Positions 1-12,185 of a stretch of DNA of 64,000 bases are shown in pieces. Every line of letters starts with the position of its first letter. The first letter of the stretch is position 1. The stretch lies in the NCBI GenBank assembly GCA_963734535.1, contig CAVTHS010000005.1, positions 1-64,000 on the forward strand, written 5' to 3'. The position numbers and the translations under genes were made by a program. Under the pieces are notes generated by a model. The model made no database searches, had not been told where the DNA came from, and was given only the letters and a program-made list of their open reading frames with translations. The stretch comes from an uncultured Chloroflexia bacterium. GTDB taxonomy: Bacteria > Chloroflexota > Limnocylindria > Limnocylindrales > CSP1-4.

Positions 1-885
1 GCGGCGGAACGCCCGCCCGCGGTCGCCGGGACGTTCTACCCGGCGGACCCCGTGCGGCTGTCCCGGATGACCGCCACGCTGCTCGAAGGGGCGGCCTCGG
101 CGGCGCCCCCTCGCGCGCCAGGGCCCTCGGGCGCGTCCCTCTCCCCGCTCGGCATCCTCGTGCCCCACGCGGGACTCGCCTACAGCGGCCTCGTGGCAGC
201 CGCGGCGTGGCAGCTCGTCGCCGACGGCGCCACCGTCGTGATGCTCGGCACGAACCACACCGCGGCCTGGCTCAACGGCGTGGGCGCCTGGGAGACCGGG
301 TCGTGGCGGACGCCGCTCGGCACCGTCTGCGTGGACGCGGAGCTGGCCTCCGGGATCCTGGCGCTCGGCCTGCCGTTCGGATCGGACCGCGCGGCGCACC
401 TCGACGAGCACTCGATCGAGGTCCAGCTGCCACTTCTCCGCACCGTCGCGCCCGGCGCCCGGATCGTGCCGCTCGCCGTCGGGGCCGGGACCGGCGATAG
501 CGCGATCGCCGCGGGTGAGCGCCTGGGCTCGCTGCTCGCCCGGCGGCGAGCCGCGGGAGCGCCCATCGTCCTGGCCATCAGCACGGACATGGCCCACTAT
601 CCGCCCGCCGACACGGCAATCCGCGTGACGCAGGATCTCCTGCCCGCGATCGAGGGATTGCTCCCCGAGGAGCTGGCACGAGCCGAGGCCGCGGAGCGCG
701 CCGGCAGCGCCGGCCCGGGCCTGGTCTGCGGGATGTGCGGCATCGAGCCGGCCGTCCTGGGCCTCGCAGCCCTCCGCGCGATGGGCGCAACGTCCGGCCT
801 CGCGCTCGCGTCCGCGACCTCCGCGGACGCCGGCGCCGACCCACATCGGGCCGTGGGGTACCTTAGTGCCGTGTTCTGGACGTGA
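1..885 (+). CDS. amrB: AmmeMemoRadiSam system protein B (MEMO1 family), 5' end outside window
   Basis: Frame 1 from base 1 reads RPPAVAGTFYP, followed by VPHAGLAYSG, GTNH, DEHSIEVQLP, STDMAHY and MCG, the MEMO1-family motifs. Confidence 0.88.
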   Translation, partial: AAERPPAVAGTFYPADPVRLSRMTATLLEGAASAAPPRAPGPSGASLSPLGILVPHAGLAYSGLVAAAAWQLVADGATVVMLGTNHTAAWLNGVGAWETGSWRTPLGTVCVDAELASGILALGLPFGSDRAAHLDEHSIEVQLPLLRTVAPGARIVPLAVGAGTGDSAIAAGERLGSLLARRRAAGAPIVLAISTDMAHYPPADTAIRVTQDLLPAIEGLLPEELARAEAAERAGSAGPGLVCGMCGIEPAVLGLAALRAMGATSGLALASATSADAGADPHRAVGYLSAVFWT

Positions 886-957
886 CCGCACGGAAGGTCC
901 ACGCAACGCGATCCTCGGCAGGGCCGGTGCCCACATCGTGAAGGACGAGCAACAGCC

Positions 958-3273
958 ATGACGACACAAGCACCGGTTCGGACACCCCGCTCGAAGCCCG
1001 CCACATCCGCGCCGGTGGTGGCGACCCCACCGGAGACGTCGCCGGCGCGGCGGATCCCCGACCCCGCCGCGGACCCGCGGTCGGTGCCCCGGGTGGATGC
1101 GGTTCCCAAGCTGCTCGGCGTCACCCGGTACACGGACGACTTCGTGGTCCCGGGGGCATGGCACGGCAGCACGGTTCGGGCAACCGAGCCGCACGCCCGG
1201 CTGCTCGGGATCGACCGCGACCCGGACTTCGACTGGAGCCGGGTGGTCGTGCTCACCGCCGCCGATGTGCCCGGCGAGAACGTCATCCACCTCATGAAGG
1301 ACGACCAGCCCGTCCTCGCCGCGGACGAGATCTGCCACATCGGCGAGCCGGTCGCCCTGGTCGCGGCCCCCACCCTTGCGCTGGCGCACGCCGCGCGCGA
1401 CCACATCCGGCTCCGCACGGAGCCGCTGCCGGCCGTCACCGAGATGCTCGCGTCCGACCACGTCTTCACCGACTACACGATCGCCCGGGGCGACCTGGAG
1501 GCGGGCTTCGCCGAGGCGGACCTGGTCGTCGAGGGAACCTACCGGGTCGGCCACCAGGAGCAGCTGTACATCGAGACCCAGGGCATGATCGCCGTACCCC
1601 GGCCGGACGGCGGCGTCACGGTGCATGGCTCGCTGCAGTGCCCGTACTACGTGCACGCCGCCATGAAGCGCGCGCTCGGCCTCGACGCCGAGCAGTGTGT
1701 GGTCGTCCAGGAGGACACCGGCGGCGCCTTCGGCGGCAAGGAGGAGTTCCCGTCGGGGCTCGCCATCCACGCCGCCATGCTGGCCCTGGCGGTCGGGCGC
1801 CCGGTCCGCCTGATCTACGACCGCCACGAGGACATCTCGGTCACCACCAAGCGCCATCCGGCGGTGGTCACCCACCGCACCGGCGTCACGCGTGATGGCC
1901 GGCTGGTCGCCCAGGACATCGACGTCACCTTCGACGCGGGCGCCTACGCGACGCTCTCGTCGGTCGTGCTCTCCCGCGGGACCCTGCATGCGGGCGGCCC
2001 GTATGCCTGCCCGAACGTGCGCATCCGCTCGCGCGCGGTACAGACGCACACGCCGCCCACCGGTGCCTTCCGCGGCTTCGGCGCACCCCAGACCGAGTTC
2101 GCGGCGGAGATGCAGGTCAACCGGATCGCGGAGGCGCTCGCGATCTCGCCGGCAGAGCTGCGGGCACGCTGGGCATACCAGGTCGGCGACCAGACGCCGA
2201 CCCAGCAGGTGCTGCACGAGAGCGTCTCGGCCCGCGAGACCCTCGCGGCGGCCCTCGAGGCCGGCGATTTCGAGGCGCGGCGGAGCGCGTTCGCCGCCGC
2301 CCGCACCGTTGACCGCCTGGCGGGCGGGACCCGAAGCGCACCCGGGATCGGCGTCGCCATGGGCTGGCACGGAGCCGGCTTCACGGGCGGCGGCGAGACG
2401 TACCTCGCCAGCATCGCCGCGGTGGAGCTGACGGCAGACGGTCGCGTCTGCGCCATCTCCGACCAGACGGAGATGGGCCAGGGGATGCGGACCGTGTTCG
2501 CCCAGATCGTGGCGGAGCGGCTCGGGATCCCGTTCGAGGACGTGGATGTCGTGCGCCAGGACACGTCGGTCGTCCCCAACAGCGGTCCGACCGTCGCCTC
2601 GCGCTCCACGATGGTCGTCGGGGGCCTCCTGGCGCTCGCGGCCGATCGGCTCCGCGCCACGGTCGAGGAACGGTCCCCCGGATCGTTCGCCGCGACGTAC
2701 GTCGACGACGCCCGGACCCACGGCGCCCTTCGCTTCGACGAGCAGTTCACCGGCTACCCGAACATCACGTGGGACGACGCGACGTACGTCGGCGACGCCT
2801 ACCCGGCGTTTTCCTGGGCTGCCGCCACGGTCGAGGTCGAGGTGGACCTCGACACCGGCGAGGTGGCAGTCCGGCATGTCGTCTCCGCGGACGACTGCGG
2901 CACGGTCATCAACCCCCTGATGGCCGCGGGCCAGGTGGAGGGCGGCTCGCTCCAGGCGGTCGGCTACGCCACCATCGAGGAGATGAAGCTGAAGGACGGC
3001 CGATACCTGAACAACCGGCTCTCCAAGTACCTGATTCCCACCTCGCTCGATGCGCCGAAGATCACTGCCGTCCTGGTCGAGAACCCGTTCTCGAGCGCGC
3101 CGCACGGCGCCAAGGGGATCGGCGAGCTGCCGATGGACGTGGTGGCACCGGCGGTGGTCGCCGCCATCCACGACGCCACCGGCGTCTGGATCCACGAGCT
3201 GCCTGCCACGCCGGAGCGGATCCTCGCGGCGCTCGACGCGGCCGACCGCGACGCTCAGGAGGTCCGGTCGTGA
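958..3273 (+). CDS. Xanthine dehydrogenase family molybdopterin-binding subunit
   Basis: QEQLYIE, GGAFGGKE, GAFRGFGAPQ, EMGQG, GPTVASR, GQVEGG and GAKGIGE motifs. Confidence 0.93.
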   Translation: MTTQAPVRTPRSKPATSAPVVATPPETSPARRIPDPAADPRSVPRVDAVPKLLGVTRYTDDFVVPGAWHGSTVRATEPHARLLGIDRDPDFDWSRVVVLTAADVPGENVIHLMKDDQPVLAADEICHIGEPVALVAAPTLALAHAARDHIRLRTEPLPAVTEMLASDHVFTDYTIARGDLEAGFAEADLVVEGTYRVGHQEQLYIETQGMIAVPRPDGGVTVHGSLQCPYYVHAAMKRALGLDAEQCVVVQEDTGGAFGGKEEFPSGLAIHAAMLALAVGRPVRLIYDRHEDISVTTKRHPAVVTHRTGVTRDGRLVAQDIDVTFDAGAYATLSSVVLSRGTLHAGGPYACPNVRIRSRAVQTHTPPTGAFRGFGAPQTEFAAEMQVNRIAEALAISPAELRARWAYQVGDQTPTQQVLHESVSARETLAAALEAGDFEARRSAFAAARTVDRLAGGTRSAPGIGVAMGWHGAGFTGGGETYLASIAAVELTADGRVCAISDQTEMGQGMRTVFAQIVAERLGIPFEDVDVVRQDTSVVPNSGPTVASRSTMVVGGLLALAADRLRATVEERSPGSFAATYVDDARTHGALRFDEQFTGYPNITWDDATYVGDAYPAFSWAAATVEVEVDLDTGEVAVRHVVSADDCGTVINPLMAAGQVEGGSLQAVGYATIEEMKLKDGRYLNNRLSKYLIPTSLDAPKITAVLVENPFSSAPHGAKGIGELPMDVVAPAVVAAIHDATGVWIHELPATPERILAALDAADRDAQEVRS

Positions 3274-4688
3274 CGATCACCGCGCCCAGCCGGGCGACGC
3301 GCTTCATGGTCAACGGGAATCCGGTCGAGGTCGGTGGGCCCGGCGGGCTGCGGCTGCTGGATGCGCTGCGCATCGATCTCGGCATGACCGGGACCAAGGA
3401 AGGCTGCGGCGAGGGGGAGTGCGGCGCCTGCACGGTCCTGGTCGACGGGATGCCCGTGGTCAGCTGCCTGGTCCCGGTGGGACAGGTGGAAGGTCGCGAC
3501 GTTCGCACCGTCGAAGGACTCGCCGAGGACGGGCGGCTGGACCCGATCCAGGCCGCCTTCGTGGACTCGGGCGGCGTGCAATGCGGCATCTGCACGCCCG
3601 GCATCCTGATGTCGGCGCGGGCATTCCTCGACTCCGGCGCCGAACCCACGGACGCCGCCATCCGCGAGGTCATCGCCGGCAACCTCTGCCGGTGCACCGG
3701 GTACATGAAGATCATCGACGCGATCGCGCTGGCGGCCACGACGGCGCCGCGCGAGGTGCGGGGCGGCCTGCCGCAGGTGCCGCGCGAGCTTGCCGGGCCG
3801 GCGACCCGGCCGAACGTCGAGCCGGGGTCGGATGTTCGCGTGGGGCCGGCCTTCGTGCGTCCGACCACGCTCGGGGAGGCGTATGCCCTCCTCGCCGAAG
3901 GCCCCTGGCGACCGATCGCGGGCGGCACGGACATCATGGTCCAGCTCGCCGACGACCCTGCCGCGGCCGGCGCGGCGCTCCTGGACCTGACCGGGATCGA
4001 GGAGCTGCGCGGGATCCGGGTCGACGGCGATCGACTCGTGATCGGCGCCACGGCGACCTACGGGGACCTGCGCCGGTCGGACCTCGTGGCCGCCCATCTC
4101 CCCGCGCTGGCGGAGATGTCGGAGGTGTTCGGGGCGACGCAGCTCCAGAACATGGCAACGCTGGGCGGCAACGTCGTGAACGCGTCACCGGCGGGCGACA
4201 GCCTGCCGCTGATCCTGGCGACGGAGGCCGTCCTCGTGGTCGGCGGGGCGGCCGGCGAGCGGGCGATCCCCGCGGCGGCGTTCTTCACCGGCTACCGGAC
4301 AACGGCGCTCCAGCCGGGCGAGCTGCTCCTGCGGATCGAGTTCCCGCTCGATTCGCGGCGACAGCTGCGCTACCGCAAGATCGGCACGCGGCGAGCGCTG
4401 GCGCTCGCCAAGGTCGCGCTGGCGGTCACGTGGCGGCAGGCGGATGGCTCGGCCGCCTGGCACGATGTCCGCGTCGCGGTCGGCACGGTCACCGACGTCC
4501 CGATCCGGGCGCCGAGCGCGGAGGCCGTCCTCGAGGGCGCGGTCGCGAGCCACGACGTGGCCGACCGGGCCGCTGCGGCCATCCTGCTGGACATCCACCC
4601 GCGCGATGGCCTGCGGTCCACGGCGGCCTATCGCCGTTCGGCCACGTCACGCGTGCTCCGGCGGATGATCCTCGACGCGATGGGGTAG
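3270..4688 (+). CDS. Fused 2x[2Fe-2S] + FAD-binding subunit of a molybdenum hydroxylase
   Basis: GTG start overlaps the upstream TGA. GTKEGCGEGECGACT, QCGICTPG and GNLCRCTGY are followed by the FAD motifs IAGGTD and ATLGGN...ASPAGD. Confidence 0.9.
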   Translation: MTITAPSRATRFMVNGNPVEVGGPGGLRLLDALRIDLGMTGTKEGCGEGECGACTVLVDGMPVVSCLVPVGQVEGRDVRTVEGLAEDGRLDPIQAAFVDSGGVQCGICTPGILMSARAFLDSGAEPTDAAIREVIAGNLCRCTGYMKIIDAIALAATTAPREVRGGLPQVPRELAGPATRPNVEPGSDVRVGPAFVRPTTLGEAYALLAEGPWRPIAGGTDIMVQLADDPAAAGAALLDLTGIEELRGIRVDGDRLVIGATATYGDLRRSDLVAAHLPALAEMSEVFGATQLQNMATLGGNVVNASPAGDSLPLILATEAVLVVGGAAGERAIPAAAFFTGYRTTALQPGELLLRIEFPLDSRRQLRYRKIGTRRALALAKVALAVTWRQADGSAAWHDVRVAVGTVTDVPIRAPSAEAVLEGAVASHDVADRAAAAILLDIHPRDGLRSTAAYRRSATSRVLRRMILDAMG

Positions 4689-4851
4689 GCGGCGAGGGTC
4701 CCTCCGTTCCGCTTCACTTTGGCCCTGAGGGATCCGCGCCGAGGTCTTCGTGCCAACGAGAGCTGCCTCGAGTCGGGCCCGACAGGGGCGTGGCGTCACG
4801 CGAGCCCCGCCCCTGACCTTCAGCTGACCCGGATGGTGTTGGGCTCCCTGC

Positions 4852-6264
4852 CTATGGCTTGCCGGGCCAGGTGCCGGAGAAGTCGCTGGCCCGGTAGTAG
4901 CCCGAGTCGATCAGGACAGCCTGGACGTTGTCCCGGGTGACCGTGACGTTCGGGGACGTCTGGGCCGGGACGTCGATGGTGCCGTTGTTGAAGCTGGTGG
5001 TCGCGACGGGCGTGCCGCCCTTGAGGAAGGCCAGGGCCCCCGCAACGGCGGCGTTGACCCGCAGGCGGGGGTCCTTGAAGACGGTCATCCCCTGCCTGCC
5101 GTCGATGATGGCCTGGATCGACGCCTTGTCGGCGTCCTGGCCCGTAACGTAGGCCTTCGTGACGGCGGGGTCTGCCGAGAATGTCGCCGAGATGGCGAGG
5201 GCGGTGACGTCGTTCGGAGCCAGGATGAAGACGGTGCCCTTGTCGGCCGCCGCGGCGGCCATCAGGTTGGACTGCGCCAGGTACCTGGCGGTATTGGCGT
5301 CCCAGCTGGTGGTGATCTGACCGATGATCCTGCCCTGCTGGTCGCGGGTCAGGCTGGGATTGCCCTGCAGGGCCACGGCCAGGCTCGAGTTTCGGATCAC
5401 GAACGTGCCGTCGGCGATCCGCGGCTGGAGCTTCTCCCAGGCGCCTTCGAGGAAGGCGAAGGAGCCGTTGTCGGCGGGATTGCCGGCGTAGAGGTACAGG
5501 TTGTTGCCCTTGGTCGCGCCGGCCTTCTCGATCAGGTACTGAGCCTGGGCCGCGCCGATCGCGGGGTTGTCGAAGGTCACGATGTAGTCGACCGCGACGG
5601 TGTCGAGGACCAGGCGGTCGTTGGCAATGACGCTGACGCCGGCGGCCCTGGCCTCATCGACGGCCACCGCGGCCGCTGCGCTGTCCTGCGCCGTGAGGAT
5701 CAGGACCTTGATGCCCCGTCCGATCAGCGCCCTGACATCCGCCGCTTCGGTGGCGGAGTCCTGGCTGAACAGGATCTGGGCGCCATAGCCCGACGCCTTG
5801 AGCGCGGCCTGGAACCGGGCCCCTTCCGGGAGCCAGCTCGACGGGACGACGATGCCGATCGGTGTCGAGGAGCCCGGCGAGGCGGTCGGCGCCACCGAGG
5901 GGCTCGGCGACGCGAGGATCGAGGGTGCTGGCGTTGCTGCAGCGGGAGAGGCGACGACGGCAGGTGGCGTGGCAGGCGCGACGCTCGGCGCGGGCGGGGC
6001 CGGCAGCAGGTGCAGGTCCCGCAGGGCGCCAGAGGCGATGAGGCCCATCCCCGCCACCGCGAGAAGGGCAGCGACGACGAGGATCCAGGCGACCCCGAGG
6101 CTCGGCAGTCTCCAGGCCGGCCGGGGAACAAGACGCCGCACACGCGGCACGCTCGTCGCCAGCGAGTCGGTCAGTCGAGCCGCGTTGATCTCGGTGGGGG
6201 CCGCTTCGACGTACCCACGGACGGCCGCCTCCAGGCGCTGCTCGAAGATCTCGCGGTCAGTCAT
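4852..6264 (-). CDS. Putative anti-sigma factor: short cytoplasmic N-terminus, TM helix, Pro/Ala/Ser linker, ChvE/XylF-like sugar-binding domain
   Basis: ATG overlaps the sigma stop (ATGACTGA). Reads MTDREIFEQRLEAAVR..., then TM LGVAWILVVAALLAVAGMGLIA, then periplasmic sugar-binding motifs (DRLV, TFDN, APND, VTGQDAD, QGMTVFKD, LIDSGYY). Confidence 0.75.
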   Translation of the reverse strand: MTDREIFEQRLEAAVRGYVEAAPTEINAARLTDSLATSVPRVRRLVPRPAWRLPSLGVAWILVVAALLAVAGMGLIASGALRDLHLLPAPPAPSVAPATPPAVVASPAAATPAPSILASPSPSVAPTASPGSSTPIGIVVPSSWLPEGARFQAALKASGYGAQILFSQDSATEAADVRALIGRGIKVLILTAQDSAAAAVAVDEARAAGVSVIANDRLVLDTVAVDYIVTFDNPAIGAAQAQYLIEKAGATKGNNLYLYAGNPADNGSFAFLEGAWEKLQPRIADGTFVIRNSSLAVALQGNPSLTRDQQGRIIGQITTSWDANTARYLAQSNLMAAAAADKGTVFILAPNDVTALAISATFSADPAVTKAYVTGQDADKASIQAIIDGRQGMTVFKDPRLRVNAAVAGALAFLKGGTPVATTSFNNGTIDVPAQTSPNVTVTRDNVQAVLIDSGYYRASDFSGTWPGKP

Positions 6265-6826
6265 GCTCGAGCTCCGCGCGGAGTCGGTCGAGGAGCCGAT
6301 CGAGGCGGCTTCGAACGCCGGACGCCGACATGCCCAGCACGGCGCCGATCTCGGCGGAATCGAGTCCGGCGGCATAGCGCAGGCCCACGAGGGTCCGTTC
6401 CTCAGGCTTGAGCCGCGCCAGCACGCTGGCCATGTCCAGCGCAGCCGGCGAGGTAAACGGGTCGGGAGCTGCCACGTGCTCTTCCGCGAACGCGAGGCGG
6501 ACGGCGCCCGAATGGCGCTGCTGCCGGAGGAGCTGGCGGGCCTCGTTGGCGGTCACCGAGAGCAGCCAGGCGCGGATGCGCTCCGGATCCCGCAGGGTCC
6601 CGAGACGGCTCCAGGCGATGGCCCAGGCGGACTGCACGGCATCGTCGGTGAGGTCGCGATTCCCGCCACAGACCACGAAGGCAAGGCGCGCCATGTCGGC
6701 GTGGAATGCCTCGACGAGGCGAGTGAAGGCCGCCCTGTCGCCGGCGGCGGCGCGCGGGACGAGGGCGACGATCGCCGCGTCGACCGGCTTCCGCGGCTCA
6801 CGGCTCGTGGCGGGACGGTCCGTCAC
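6257..6826 (-). CDS. ECF RNA polymerase sigma factor (start approximate)
   Basis: Region 2 AAAGDRAAF...DDAVQSAW...LRDPERIRAWLLSVTANEAR; region 4 LKPEERTLVGLRY...EIGAVLGMSASGVRSRLDR. Confidence 0.88.
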   Translation of the reverse strand: MTDRPATSREPRKPVDAAIVALVPRAAAGDRAAFTRLVEAFHADMARLAFVVCGGNRDLTDDAVQSAWAIAWSRLGTLRDPERIRAWLLSVTANEARQLLRQQRHSGAVRLAFAEEHVAAPDPFTSPAALDMASVLARLKPEERTLVGLRYAAGLDSAEIGAVLGMSASGVRSRLDRLLDRLRAELEHD

Positions 6827-7610
6827 CGCCACGGGGCGACCCACGGGCACAGGGACCGGGCGGGCGACGAACGGAGCAGGGCGTCCCACCGCCACGACGA
6901 GACCGCCGCCGAACGCGGCAGTCGGGCGCGGGCTCGCGAGGACCCACGCGCGGCAGGGCTGAGACACACGCGCTCGCTCCCTTCGGGCGGATCGTCGTGA
7001 GACTGTCGCCTGGGCGACAGAGGCGTTCGGCCCGTTCAGCGCCGTTGCGGGCAAGGTGGTCATCGGGCCCGTGGCTAGAGAGCTCACGCACGTCAGATGC
7101 AGGAGCACCTGGATCTGTCCCGCGTCCGTGGCCCTCCCGGGGGTTCGCGTCCGCACGAGGAAGTGCCGCTGTCCTTGACACAGCCCCGGCCGGATGCCGG
7201 ATGCCCGATGCCCTCGATGCCAGCGGCACTCGCGGCCGGCGACGGCGGTGTCGCCGGTCGGCGCCCCAGGGTGCCCTCATCCCTCGCGAACCTGCGACAT
7301 TGCACGTGATGTCAACACAACGGTCCGTCGAGGCACGTTCGTCGGTGGTGTCGCTGGCCCGCGTGCCTCCCGACACGAGCTGGGGTGGTCGGGAGCACTG
7401 AATTCGTGATCGGAACCGACGCCGCACCGGCATCCTGGTCGTCACTGCAGGGCGTGCGGCCGCGAGCAAGGCGTGTCAGGCCCCGATGGTGTTCACTTCA
7501 CGTGCGATTCCGCGCGGAACGCATCGCCGGGCCCCGCCGCGATCGTGCCGGGCAACGCCGCCACGCCCGGTGTCATGCTGAGCCGCCGATCGCGCGGCAC
7601 CCGCCCGACG

Positions 7611-11046
<3,436 letters not shown>

Positions 11047-11162
11047 GGTGATCCTCGCGCGTCAGGGTCGTGCGTGAATGGCGTCAGGCGGCCCGGCAGG
11101 TCGCATCGGCAAGCCGGGCCACATGCAGCGGGCGGCCACGTCCCGCGCGGCCACGCCGCGCG

Positions 11163-12185
11163 TCACAGGCGTGCGTGCAGGCGCACAGCCTGTTCCCGCG
11201 CCTTCGCGCGGATCTCGTCGGCGTCGACACGCGTCGGCCGGCCGTCGGCGAAGACAACTTCGCCGCCGATCTCCACGCGGAGCGGCCGGATCCCGGGAGT
11301 GAATGCGACCTGCCACGGGTCCATCGGGTCGTAGGACCAGGTGACGCGGTCGTCCTTCGCCTCCGGCACGAGGCTCCAGCCGGTCTCGAGCCACGACCAG
11401 GCCGTGCCCGGCCCGCACGTGACGTCGACCGACCGCTGGAGCGCGTACGCGATCCGGAACGTCTCGATCATGTCGGCGCCGATCCCGTCGGTGCCGAGCG
11501 CGACCGGGTTCGTGAAGCGAGCGGGGTTCGCGTAGCCGACCGCGTTGTTCAGGTTCGAGAACGGGTTGTGGAGGATCGTCCCCTTCAGGGCGTGGTCCGT
11601 TGGAAGGTGGACACAGTGCGCCAGGAGCCAGTCGTCGCGGGTGAGGCCGGCGAGCCGGGCCGGCGCCGCGGCGTCCTCCGGGCCCTCGCAGACATGGACG
11701 TGCACCCCGACGCCGAGGTCGCGGGCCAGCCCCGCCGCCGCCTCGAGGGTCGCGTCCGAGCACGTGAAGGCGGCGTGGATCCCGACCAGCCCGCGGCCCC
11801 CGCCGGCCAGGAAGCGACGGTTCTCCTCGATGCCGCGCGCCGCCCCGTCCGGGCCGTGGCGATCCGTCACCCCGTACGCACACACGACCCGAACGCCGAC
11901 CTCGGCGCATGCGTCGGCGATGACGGACAGTGACCCTTCGATCGCGTTCGGCGACTCGTGGTGATCGATGATGGCCGTCGTGCCGGACTCGAGCGCTTCG
12001 AGCGCGCCGAGCATCGCCGACCAGCGGATCATCTCCAGGTCGAGGGCCGCGTCCAGGCGCCACCACACCTGCTCCAGGATCTCCCCGAAGGTCGTCGCGA
12101 CCTTCGGGGGCGCGGGCATGCCCCGGGCGAGCGCCGAGTACAGGTGGTGGTGGGCGCACACGAGGCCGGGCGTGACCGCGGACAT
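11163..12185 (-). CDS. ssnA: SsnA-like amidohydrolase (short form)
   Basis: PGLVCAHHHLYSALARG, WWRLDAALD, GTTAIIDHHESP, HAAFT, HVHVCEG, LGTDG; start coupled to the upstream stop (TGATG). Confidence 0.82.
   Translation of the reverse strand: MSAVTPGLVCAHHHLYSALARGMPAPPKVATTFGEILEQVWWRLDAALDLEMIRWSAMLGALEALESGTTAIIDHHESPNAIEGSLSVIADACAEVGVRVVCAYGVTDRHGPDGAARGIEENRRFLAGGGRGLVGIHAAFTCSDATLEAAAGLARDLGVGVHVHVCEGPEDAAAPARLAGLTRDDWLLAHCVHLPTDHALKGTILHNPFSNLNNAVGYANPARFTNPVALGTDGIGADMIETFRIAYALQRSVDVTCGPGTAWSWLETGWSLVPEAKDDRVTWSYDPMDPWQVAFTPGIRPLRVEIGGEVVFADGRPTRVDADEIRAKAREQAVRLHARL

Noticed and set aside
7290-7320. GACAT-TGCACGTG-ATGTC dyad with TTGACA on the minus strand, upstream of the ECF sigma gene
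   Set aside because: No -10 at proper spacing and no second copy, so it cannot be supported
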